From contig NW_020846908.1 in NCBI RefSeq assembly GCF_003704095.1, positions 248,001 to 312,000 of the forward strand: DNA of 64,000 bases. Direction: 5' to 3'. This stretch comes from Pocillopora damicornis (lineage: Eukaryota). The notes below the pieces were generated by a model that had not been told where the DNA came from, searched no databases, and worked only from the letters and a program-made list of their open reading frames with translations. This document shows positions 26,186 to 37,834 of this stretch, piece after piece (the stretch's first letter is position 1; each line of letters starts with the position of its first letter). The translations under genes were made by a program, and so were the position numbers.

Positions 26186-27485
26186 TGTCAGTGGGAGAGT
26201 ATAACAGGGTTATCTAGTACTATCAGCAGAGTTGATAATGAAAATTAGAGTCCATAGAGAGTTTAAAAGCTGACATTTTGAGCATTAGCCCTTTGTCAGA
26301 GCAAATGGTGAAGGGCTAACGCTCCAATTGTCTGCTTTCAAACTCTTTATGGTGGATAATTATGCTATCAACTCAGTTGATAATTTCTAAATTACATCTA
26401 ACAAATTGCCATTCTAAGCTTCAATTCAAACAAAAATAAGACATTCCTGTTTTATACCTGAGATCAGGTGATAATGAGGGTAACGATGCTGATCTGTGAT
26501 GGTATATGTTTGTTTGTGATGCGCTGCTACAATGTCTTGCACTGTTACTTCTCAAGTTTGTTCCATCAAAGACATCAACAACTTTCAGGGTTGGAAGAGA
26601 GCCTGCACAGAAAATATACTGTTGTACACAACTTTATTTTCAATAAATACTACAAATACATCATTCCTCTTGTATTCAATTTGAATTTTCAATGTGAAAT
26701 AACAAAAATTTGCTTGGAGCATGTTTGAAAAAATGGATACACCCTACCAGCCTAACTGGACAGTAAACTGGGGACCGGTCTTTAAAATCCCTCTCACTTC
26801 AAGTTTCAATTGGAAGACGAGTTAAGAAACAGCACAACCAACTCCTTGGAAAATGATGAATAAAGTTACATCTCAGAGCACAAGCTGACATTGAGTTATT
26901 TCGAAACAACTGCATCCCATGAAAGAAAAGAGATGTCAAGTGCGCTTAAGAAACACATGATCAGGAGAGTCATACCAAAGCAGGCCACTAAAAAAATAAA
27001 CATGCACCCCATAAATAACACCGGATGAAAATCAGTCAAAGCTGCAGAGAATTGTGATATGGTCACCGTGTCCCAGTCAGATGACGAAATTGTGTGACAA
27101 ATGATAAGAGTTTGTAAATACCACCAACCTTTCCTACTCTTTCTTTTTTTAATTCATTAGCCCCCCGCCTAATAATATGGCGATTCACACAAACTTGAAG
27201 ACAGTTGTTACGGAAAATGTTTCAAAGCTAAGTTCTTAACTCGCATTAATTGTTAATCGTGTAACGCATTCAGCGCCTATAGTCATCCGATTGATCTCTG
27301 TCTCCTTTCTTACCTTCATCGTCTATTCTTTTCCTTCCAGGAAAAGTATAGAATTCTTTACTCTCCACTGAATCATTAGGCTGGATTCCATTTCTTACTC
27401 TAACAGCATCTTTAACTCTCTGCAAGTTCGATCTCCAACATTCAGGATGCTGACACAAAGCACCACATGAACTTTCACTTTTCAT
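19900..27485 (-). CDS. C9orf43/DUF4647-like protein with long disordered acidic/Pro-rich C-terminus, ~1057 aa; exons 27485-27314, 26602-26458, 25801-25534, 25224-25196, 24462-24372, 23981-23872, 23197-23132, 22589-21945, 21547-19900 (possible extra first exon ending at 27618)
   Basis: All nine exons join in frame with GT-AG sites. The N-terminal CGALCQHPECW...LPTLKVVDV resembles my recollection of the vertebrate C9orf43 N-terminus (CQHPQCW...LPVLTVVD). The family call is from memory, not a search. Confidence 0.7.
20061..20168. repeat. 54-bp coding tandem duplication (18 aa, ES(G/D)ERE(Q/K)EKDNTDPPQPP x2)
   Basis: Two near-identical units at 20061-20114 and 20115-20168. Confidence 0.9.
26155..26395. 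mobile_element. Penelope-like-derived palindromic repeat containing degenerate minimal hammerhead motifs
   Basis: Inverted pair ctgacattttgagcattagccctttgtcag / gaagggctaacgctc, flanked by ATCA..GTTGATAA arms; a partial reverse-strand copy lies at ~52655-52745. Confidence 0.55.
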
Positions 27486-27639
27486 GGCTATGTAATGAAA
27501 CAGCCTTGTATACTGACGAATACAGTGTCAAGAGATAGACTGTGTTATTCTAATCGGCATTTTCTCCCACAAAAAGACCAAATCAACTACAGAACTATAA
27601 ACCACAAACTCACTTACCACCATGCCTTTTGCTTACTTA

Positions 27640-27664
27640 TGACGTCACAATAGTTCCTAGCAAC
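27640..27664. promoter_or_regulatory. CRE (TGACGTCA, 27640-27647) and RFX X-box-like site (GTTCCTAGCAAC, 27653-27664) in a bidirectional promoter
   Basis: Motifs read directly in the short gap between the divergent C9orf43-like and stomatin-1 starts. Confidence 0.6.
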
Positions 27665-28011
27665 CAGTCACCTCATGCGTGCGGGACGCAAGCATTCTTG
27701 TTATCTTGAGTTGCTTGCTCATTACTCCCTTATGGGTACCTTTTACACGTCATAATACAACGTAAAGAAAGTTTGAAATATTTTCTCTTTCATATACAAA
27801 TAATTGATCATGAAACAAGATAGAGAAAGCATCTCTCATCGTTTACTGTACGGGTGCTGATACAGGCCCTCCCGCGACCACTCCTCTAATTAGTAACACT
27901 TTCGCCCAGACCTTGCGCACATACTGAAAATAAAACAATCGTACAGGCGTTGAATAACTCGAAGAAAGAAGAAATAATGGCTCTGTGTGGTGGAAACATA
28001 TGTAAGGTTTA

Positions 28012-31000
28012 ATGACTGCTCGCAGTACTTCGACCAGTATGCACGTGAATCCAGCAGCTCAGAACTACGAACGGGCTGTCAGTGGAGGAGACAAGAGAGG
28101 ACTTCTTGAGGAAGGTAAGTTTTAAACAATTCAGTTGGCTGAACGATCATTCGATGTGGTACCCGAAATTGAAAAACAACTTATCTCTCTGTACATTTGT
28201 AGTTTAATTTAAATGCTTCGTAAATGTTTTACAGACAGGTTAGTATTTGATCAGAGCAAGCTAGGTTTTACTGGCAAATGCATGTAATGTGTTTTCTATT
28301 GAAAAGATAAAGCCATTTGAATGTAAATGTGGATTTCAGTAATTAGTGTGTTTGCAAATCAGTAATTGCGCTGAACATGCCACTTCCAAAGACAAAAACG
28401 TAGGTAGTTTGCATTATTGCCATTTTGCTCTTGGACTGGTGTTGGTTGTCTTGTTGTTGCGAGCTTGAAGAGCTGTAAGCCATGATCAGTTTGAACGAGG
28501 GATTTGATGTAAGCAGCTGCAGTATATTCAAGTTAATATACCGTTTATGGTACCTATATATATAAATTCTCCTCACTCTCTTGATTCTCTTACTTCAGTT
28601 CTCATGTTTTCCATGTGAGTGCTCTTAATGATTGGAAACATGTTTTCACACCCCTCAGTTTGTCCCTTAGGGCTAAAGAGGGCAAAGTGCCAAGGCTGAA
28701 GAGGAATAGGGATTATCGGTATTTTAAAATATTTGCCACTGTTCACAAGGAGGTTTAGTCTGGAATTAAACATTAAATGATATGAGTCAGTGAGTTACAC
28801 CAGTAAAAGATTTATGTCCATGAAGAATACATTTTATATACATGAAAACATACATGAAAAAATTATGCCATCTGATTGGCTGAAAACGAGTGCATTTTTT
28901 ATTTGACATGAGTGCAAAGTTGTAACATGGGTGCAAATTACAAACAGTGGGTGTACCCCATCAAAATTCTGTCTGTCTTGACTTTCTTTGCAATTTTTTT
29001 GTCTTTGAAAAGTTTACTTGCACCAATATTTCCACTAAATTGCAACTAAAATCTTGTTATTACTTTTATGAAATATGAATGTCACTGTGAGTTTCCAAAT
29101 ATATCCCATATCCAATACAAGTCTGGTTGATAGATCTGCTAAACAGAGAGTAGTGATTAGTAAACCATAGGCTTCAAAAAGAACTGTTCATCTGATTGCC
29201 AGCAGTTGACATTTACCTTTGCAGGCTGTCACCATGTACATATGTTAGGAGTTTTGAGACATGGATTTGTTATGTACTTTGTTACCATATGTTGACAACA
29301 AATAAATGTTACGAACAGGATGTTATGAAAGCTGTCAACAGATTTTGCTTCTCACAATATTTTAAGGGTAGAATTTTGACTTATTTCTCTCTTTGAAACT
29401 ACAAGGGTAAGTTATAAGGTTGATTGATAAAAAGCCTCAAGTAACCTTGTGATTCTAGAATTACAATATTCAAGACAGTAGGAGGGTTTTGACTTTGATT
29501 TCAGTAGAATGACAATAAAAGTGTAGATCACCCAAATTTTAAACTGTTATTTATGGAGTATGTTGCCTATATAGCTACAAAAATTGACATAAAAAGAACT
29601 TTTACAATGTCATGTAACTACATATTCTTTAATTGAAGAATGAATAGCTTTTCACGGTTTTATTTGACATCAAGAAGCATTTGGCTGATAAAGTTTCCCA
29701 AAGAAAATTATATTGATACAAAGACGTGTAGTAAGGTGGCATTAGCAGAGAGAAACTCCATGGCTTTGCAGTACCCTTGTAGTGTAGCTACTTGTGTTAA
29801 ACATTCCAAACAAATTTTCAAATCAGGAATTTTTAAAGCCTACGATTGTTATTTGCCGTTCCTTTAAGTACCTTCACAAATGATTGATAATCATTGCCTG
29901 GCAGCGAGCAGGTGAGTCTACTAAGTCACGTGACTTGGGTAATTCTTTTTGAAAGGGACAAGAAAGGTTGTTTCTTATTCCTTCATGGAGTTAAATCGAA
30001 AGGAAAATGCTGGATTTTCAGAGCCAGGTACGTAATTCTATTACAGAAAGGTTTTGCTAGAATTTTTTTTTTGGTCTTTCTTGAATAAAATGGTCGAAAG
30101 CAAAATAAGTTCGGCACAAGATGCTGTTCCGATCGTGTCGGGGAAAATGAAACGAAAACAGAGACATTTTTGGTATGGGATTAATATATTTTTTAAGCGT
30201 TTTGCTCCCCTGACGTTGATAACATATTCATAAACCTTTTTTGTTTTGGGAATAACTTTCTTGTATTAGTGAGTTTTTTTTTTCGTTAAAGAAACAACAT
30301 CGCTTTAACTTCGTGTTTCAAAATACGTTTGATATTTATATTTACGCAAAGTTGTAACTTGATAAGTTTGCCCTGCAGGTGAACGAAAAATTAGAACTTT
30401 CCAGCTAAATTAATTGAATATCTCTTCCCGTAAACAGTTTTTGTTTTTCACTATGATATTTATCAAGTTCAAAGGAAAAAGTGTTTTCTGCAGAAATTTT
30501 TTTCGGACAAGATGTATTTGTGCCTTCAGGTCTTACTTTAAATATACACAGTTATGTTATTCTCTTTTTGAATTGTTAATGAATGTTCGAGGCAGAGTCG
30601 CTTATTCGCTGAAATCACAAATACATCATAATTTCGCATATATGTAGCTCCAGGCGTTTAGATGAGAATAATTACTAGATTACTGTCTCTGCGTGAGGAT
30701 TACTTTCAGTATGCACATATGGAAGCCCACTCTGTTGAAGTCTCGGTAAGGTAACACGGCAAGTAGAAGTATCAGTTTCTTTTCATTTAATTCAACCCTT
30801 CGTTGGTTTATGCAGACAACGATACCTCGAAAATTCAATAATTTATTCGAAAATTCTACTTGATAGTTTTAAGTTATCAGGCCCTTTGAATTTTTAATGT
30901 AAACCACTTTTGGGTTAGAGACGAAGCTTCAAAATATGAAATTCGATGGAACGCAATCACGAATCAAAGTAGAAAAAAAAAACACGAAAGCAAATTCAAT

Positions 31001-31972
31001 GAATTATCTGAGAAAGACGATCGAAACGATTTTGGACAACGTTTGCCTCTACGAGATGAGTAGAAAGGCATTGTTCAAATGTCTAAAAATGTCTGCTTGT
31101 CATTTTTTTAAGTAAAAAAATAAATAAATAAACAACTCTTGATGCATTTTATAGAGAAGCATCGGCTTCTTGACGTTTTATTATTTTCGAGATTTTGATG
31201 AAGTGTTGTTCCAGTGTACTTAAACATCATCTCCTGTCAGCATACAAGGTTATTGCTTCTGTATTTGTCCACGGATAGATCCTATAATTCGTAAACATTG
31301 TTCTTTATATTAAAGATAATTTGATAGATTATGCAATGGGTGCAGACATAATCAGGTGTGTGGGATGGAATTAACATTTATGATACGTAACTTCACATTT
31401 TGTTAAGCAAGTTTAACTCTCATTTATTTCTAGCAAATTCAATTTTTCACAGTGCTTGAAGAAATAGCCATGACTTAAGTAACATGTATTTGAAAAGAAA
31501 ATGCAAAAATGTAACTCACGTTGCTTATTTTAGAAGAAATATGCATTATTCCTGTGTTGGCATTCTACATGCTTAATGTACCATTTATCAGTACCAGAAA
31601 GTTTTTTTTTTGCCAGCTGCCGCTGAGAAAAGAAGGGAAAGTTACTAGAAAGTTAAGGATGTGTTTTATATGGAATTAGATAGTTCCTATAACTGATTGC
31701 TTCAGTGAACAATCACTGTGATCTTTATACCAAAATCAGAAAAAAATGCAACAAAAAAAAATGATATGCTTGAAGGTGTCATAGTGCTTAACTTTTGACA
31801 AGAATGTTAAGGTGATGATTTTAAAAGTCAAAAAGAAGCAGCAAGGTTTACTTATATGTATTTTGGATGATTACATATTTTGGTATGACTGATATGTTCC
31901 CATATGTCATATATCGTTATATGCAAAGCATAGAACAAAACAAAACCTAGGCATGCTATGTATGCGAGAGCC

Positions 31973-32006
<34 letters not shown>

Positions 32007-35000
32007 AGAATGTGTAGGTGGTTTGGAAAGGGACACTAAGTAACTGATGTTTGCATTTTTGAAAAGGAGAAAGAGCATTTACCTTCAAACGATTCCAGTG
32101 AAAATATTGTTCAATAATGGCCAAAAAGTATCTATTCATCTGAAGTAAACTCAGACTTGGGTATTTTATGGTCTATTGCCACTGGTGTCTGAATAATTCT
32201 GAACAGAAATGAACTTCATTGTTGCCATGCTTCCTTACAGCTGTTATTGGATCTTGTCAAGCAATGTGCTCTCTTCCCCTATTGTGTGACAAGATCAAAC
32301 AATGGCCTGCTCATAGACTAAGAACATGCTTACTGCCATTCCTTTGTTGGAGAAAAAAATCAAAATTATTTTGTTATAGCTAGTTGCCTCAAAAATGTTC
32401 TCCCAGATAATTTTGCAGTGGAAAGCAATAATTGATTGGTACTGAAAGATCTAAGCACAAGAGAATTGCATGGAGAATTGACTAAAGTAACATTTAGTTC
32501 CATGTGAAATTATTTCAGTGGGGAAGGATTAATTAAAAAATAACTTGAAAATCAGCAAAGAAGGGATTGTCCATAGTTAATGGGCATGTGAATATGTTTA
32601 CAAAAATTGAATTCGTGTGTTGTCTGTTTCAGGTGGAAGTGGTGATGAGCATGGTAATGTCTGCATGTTAGACCTGTAGTTTCAGTTTCTTGTCTGGCAA
32701 TCTGTCAGTAATGTATCACTCTCGATTCAACTTATATTGAATTATAAGCTTAAGCTAGATCAGTCAGGGAGATAAATTAATAGGAATAATTACAAATGCA
32801 TGTTAGTCAATGATCTAACCATTCTGACCTTACAAATCAATTGATTCCACTTGGTTTGTTTGGATGTTATTAATATTATTTTGTTTAATTTTTGTATTTC
32901 ACTGGCAGGTTCCTCTGAGGAGCGTGGCTTTTGTGATTATTTGCTGACATTTTTCTCCTCCTTAATATTTATCTGTACGCTGCCTTTATCACTGTGTTTC
33001 TGTATAAAGGTAATGACCTTCTTAGGTTACTGTTGACAAAATTAACTCAAAATTTTCAAGATATCGCTCTTTAGATAGAGAGAGCAGTTAAGTTTAATTT
33101 TAAAAAAAAATACAAAATCTTGAAAAAAAGGGCAATGCAACTGCAAAAAATATTTTAAGGGAACCATGGTTTCTTTAAAAGTAGCACAGGTTGGAGGATT
33201 TTTGCACAAGGCACCCTATTTTGTTGACAATAATCTTAATATTAATCCAACTCGTGTACTTTTTTGCATTAATTAGCTGTTGTAGGGAACCAATATGGTT
33301 ATTTTTAATCAGTTCACAAAATCATATTACAAAGTCAGGAGAAATTTTAACAGATTTTCTTCTGGTGTAGTTTTCTTTTAAAGGTTTTACTGTCTTAATC
33401 TTTTTTTGAGTTCTGTCAGGGAGTTAATTGTATCATATGTAAACAATTTTTACATTTTCCTTTTCATTACAAATGGAAAGGACAACACATCTATTGCAAA
33501 CTAGCTGTAATTTAAATTGCTCCATTATTGGAGTTATGAGAAATAAAAATGATTCTTTTAAAATTTATTAAAAAGGTTTTTTTTTTTATTTGTTGGCATT
33601 TAATATTCTTGATTTTGTCTTTACTGTCACATAGGTATAAAATTATAAACATCTATTATTTTATGTCAACAAACTTCTTAATCTGACTGAACAATTTTTT
33701 TCCTTTCCTTGTCATTAAGATTGTACAGGAATATGAGAGAGCAGTTATTTTCCGTCTTGGTCGACTTCTTCCTGGGGGAGCAAAAGGACCAGGTGAAAAT
33801 TATGGACCTGTTTATACAATTACGAATTAGATATTATTGTTCACATTGAAAACTGTCATTTTTTCATGGCACTGCAATTGAAATTTTCCAATCATTTGCT
33901 ATGATTTTGAAAATTACCTCCAATGTCAATTAAACCACAAAATGTTAGTGCAGTAAGATAATAGAAGAAACTTCTAAATGAATAAGAATAAATCAATATG
34001 AATTGAAGTTGGTAAGCAATAACTATAGGACTGAGTGGAATCCAATTCGGCTTGTAATCATTAAGTTATTGACAAAATAGGACAACTTCAAAGCGGGAGT
34101 CTGATTTGTCAATCATGGGTATGATTACAGACAGAATTGGACAATGTATAGTCCTGTTACCAATTAATCAAACGTAACCCTAAGCAAAAAACAGTAATTA
34201 ACTTGGAAAATGCATGACAACAGCATGTGCACATAACCCATTCTGTCCACTTACACAGGCATGGCATGTTAACTATCCCTTTAACTGTCCTATTACACTG
34301 TCCAAATACAAGCATGACATGTACACTGTCCTATGCAGTGCTCAAATCAGGCTGTGATAACCAATCACATTCGAAAATTTTGTTATAGTTTTGATTAAGG
34401 ATGACAAAAATTAATTTGGATTCTACTTGACAAATATTAGACCCCTAATTTAACTTCTCTTAATTGATAAAGACACAAGAAATACATTGTGAATAATAAT
34501 GCTTGAAACAAAGCATCTGTAGGTTGTGAGATTGACCCTGGCAAACTGTTAATTTTTTAGGAATGTTCTTTATTCTGCCATGTATTGACTCCTACCAAAA
34601 GGTAGACCTGAGAGTCGTGTCATTTGATGTGCCACCTCAAGAGGTAAAGAACAACATAGTGAAGCAACCTTATTTTCTTGGGGACAGGTAATTTATATAT
34701 TAGTTAAGAATGGTGGATCTGAAAGTGTGGTCTGAACTCCAGGTGACAGTAGATTTGAGGAAGACTTTTGTTGGTTATTTCAAGACAAATAATTCAGTAG
34801 TATGCGTATTTATGTTAACAAAAATTTTGGCAGGTTTTGACCAAAGACAGTGTTACTGTAGCAGTTGATGCAGTGGTATATTTCAGAATATACAATGCAA
34901 CCATGTCCATCACCAATGTGGAAAATGCCAATCGTTCCACACGTCTGCTAGCTCAGACCACCCTGAGAAACGTGCTGGGAACCAAGAACCTCAGTGAGAT

Positions 35001-36217
35001 ATTAGGTGAAAGAGAAAGTATCAGTGAAACAATGCAGGCAAGTATGTCATATGTAACTTCATAGTAAAGCAAAACCATTGCAATTCCATACTATAACCAA
35101 GTCTGAGATGCTTTAGATCAACTCCTACTTTTTATCTCTGATTATGTTAGAAGTTTTCATTGGTTGGATGCATGTATTGTGTGATTAAGTGCATGACTAA
35201 GCAAGTTACAAAGAAGTAAGTAACCTCCCTTAGTATTCTTGATATCACCTTAGGGCTCAACCCTTCCATTTGTGTAGCTGATTTCGAATCAAACATTGCA
35301 TTGTTGTTGTATTTAGATTTGAGGCACATTAGAAAGAAACTGGGAAAAAATTTTTTGTTGTTTTAATTTGTTAATTTGTTTATATTTTGTTGTTAATTTG
35401 GGTGAATGTACTGTTCCACAGACTTCTTTGGATGAAGCCACTGATCCATGGGGTGTCAAGGTTGAGCGAGTGGAAGTGTAAGAACATTCACAATCTTTTT
35501 ATTGCTCTTAATGTTCTAGTTGCTGTTGTCCTTCTATTATCACATTTCTGTGTTGTCTTCACCAGTAATGGTGAAGTTTACAGTGATAATATTGTTAACA
35601 AAGTCTGCTAAACATCAATTTTTTGCATAAATGTCTGTTTTTTGATAACTTGTTAGTAACTGTTAATTGATTTTACAAGATTCTAAAATCTCATATGTCT
35701 CTTGTTGATATTTGTCCACAGGAAAGATGTGCGTCTTCCTCAACAACTGCAGAGAGCCATGGCAGCAGAGGCTGAAGCTTCTCGTGAAGCTCGTGCTAAG
35801 GTACTCAACCAAAGTTCACATTTAACAAAGTTATTGTATTGTTTCTTCTGATCAGTAACTTTGTATTTCTCTTCAACTAGAAAAAGTTACTAGAAGTTAT
35901 TGTATTGTTTCATTACAGTACCAATTTCAAAAAAAACTATTCAGATTTTAGAAATGAAAAAAGAGAGAAGAGAATTCTCCAGAGAAAGCTTTCACAATGA
36001 GTTGTACTTTTCACATCAGGTCATTGCTGCAGAGGGTGAACAGAATGCATCTCGTGCACTGAAGGAAGCTGCTGACATAATTTCAGAGTCGCCTTCTGCT
36101 CTCCAACTCAGATACCTGCAGACACTGACAACCATCTCAGCAGAGAAGAATTCCACTGTTATTTTCCCTCTCCCTGTCAACTTTTTGGCTAGACTTCTTC
36201 CAAATGAGAACAAATGA
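28012..36217 (+). CDS. STOM: Stomatin/band-7 (SPFH) paralogue 1, ~298-305 aa; exons 28012-28114 (or alternative 29985-30027), optional microexon 32633-32653, 32909-33009, 33720-33792, 34561-34643, 34834-35037, 35422-35477, 35722-35800, 36020-36217
   Basis: GFCDY-hydrophobic hairpin-CTLP, [83 protein letters not shown]. One GC-AG intron. The first-exon choice is less certain than the core exons. Confidence 0.92.
31975..32003. repeat. (TG)n microsatellite
   Basis: About 14 TG units read directly. Confidence 0.9.
34020..34398. repeat. Interspersed repeat in a stomatin-1 intron
   Basis: Its 3' end, tgataaccaatcacattcgaaaattttgttatagttttgattaa, matches the arms of the palindromic element at 50248-50371. 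Confidence 0.55.
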
Positions 36218-36268
36218 GTAGATGAAAGAAGGAAGTGTTCATCCTTGACTGAAATTAGTGTTCTGTGA
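36218..36268 (+). other. Putative stop-codon readthrough extension of stomatin-1 (VDERRKCSSLTEISVL*)
   Basis: In frame after TGA 36215-36217; the terminal LTE(I/V)SVL-stop is conserved with stomatin-3. Confidence 0.6.
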
Positions 36269-37834
36269 TTATGAATGTTTGTTTCCAACACAAGATGTAG
36301 ATATAGAAATAAATGGATGACACTGTGTATATAGCAGAAGAATCAACTAAAAATTTATTTATTGTTAGCCTTGCAACTTGTCTTACTATTTAAGGAGATA
36401 TAGATTACGTATGTTAAGGAGCAGTAGCCACATTGTTTTTGATATTCCTTTCTATTAGTAGATATTCTCTAGTGCCATGCTTTGTTGTAAATGCTATAGA
36501 CATATTCACTATGCTAACAGTTAGCTTTGGACAGTCTTTTTCTAGGAATAATAGTAACAACAATAAATAAGTTTTTTGAGCATGCGATTATTTCAACTTA
36601 CCTAGGTTGCTATGCAACTCAAGGCTTTTTCTTGTTTTAGGTTAATTTTCCCCATTACTTTTCCCCATGGACTTATTATTCTAAGTTTTAGTCATAGCAT
36701 CTGCATTTAAAATGGTGATTTGTGGCTAAATTAAAGACTGGAGTTGCATGGGTTTCAAGAGAGAGAAAAATGACAAGCTTTCAGGAGTAACTTGAATTTT
36801 TTATTGAGGTTTATTTTGGTTTGTTAGACTAATCTATAGCTCCATCAACTGAAATTAAGATTAAATTTAAAGTACTCATATCAAAGGTCAAGTTGCTGAA
36901 TAAAGAGCACTCTTCTCACAGATAAGATGCAATGGTTTGTGGTCATGCATTGAAGATGAGTAAGGAACTGGAAGAGGTTCAGTTGTAGACATTTTTCATA
37001 ACAGTGATGCTATACCAGCGTCTTACTAAATTATGGGAAAATGCACTCTTGTTTCATATTAATAAATTTTTGACCAATCAGATGATCACCGGCATCTAGT
37101 AAACCCTCTACTCTTTGGGTGGAAAATAACGTGATAAATAACTAACGCATAACTTTCTTGCTTCATGGCCTCAAAAATCTAAAAGTGATTTCTTTATCGT
37201 GGGTCTTAGCTGTCAAAAGGAAAGAATTTGGACGTATTATTTCCATTCTGCAAAAGTCACACTAAATATGTTACAAGGAAATTTTTTGGCTTAGTTTGAG
37301 AAACCGCACTAGATATTGTCAAACAGAGGACCGGTTCATGGTACTTTTTCTTTTTTCCCTTTTAGTTTTTGATGAATACAGTCTTGCATACTTAATAACC
37401 ACGATAAAATTGATGTGTACCTTTTAATAACCCCTGCAAGGTAATAACTACGAACTAGCTAACAATGGTAAGCGACTGATGATCACGGAACAGAAACATC
37501 ATGATCCGCAGCTAAGTTTTATAGCCATCGCAAACGGGCTTATAACTTTAATTGAGCTGCATTAGGATTTGTGTTTATTTGTGGCTTCGCCGGGCCAGGA
37601 TTATTGTCGGGAACTGATTAGAAACTACCCTTTCCGTTGGCCTGGCGGCAAAGGCAGGTGTGTGACAAAAGACAACTTAGCCTCTCCTGGAAAGGATCCC
37701 AGCACTATACTTCCTTATTAGGTAATGGATAAACCTTGATGCATGCACTCCCTCGATTGCTTGTTGCTCGCCTTCTCCATACTCTCTGAAATATCTGAAA
37801 TCTGGCAAACGCTAAAGAAACTTCAACGGCGCTA

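Noticed and set aside
30090-30172. ATG-led exon candidate [10 protein letters not shown]... as a stomatin-1 first exon
   Set aside because: The donor is phase 2, incompatible with the phase-1 downstream exons.
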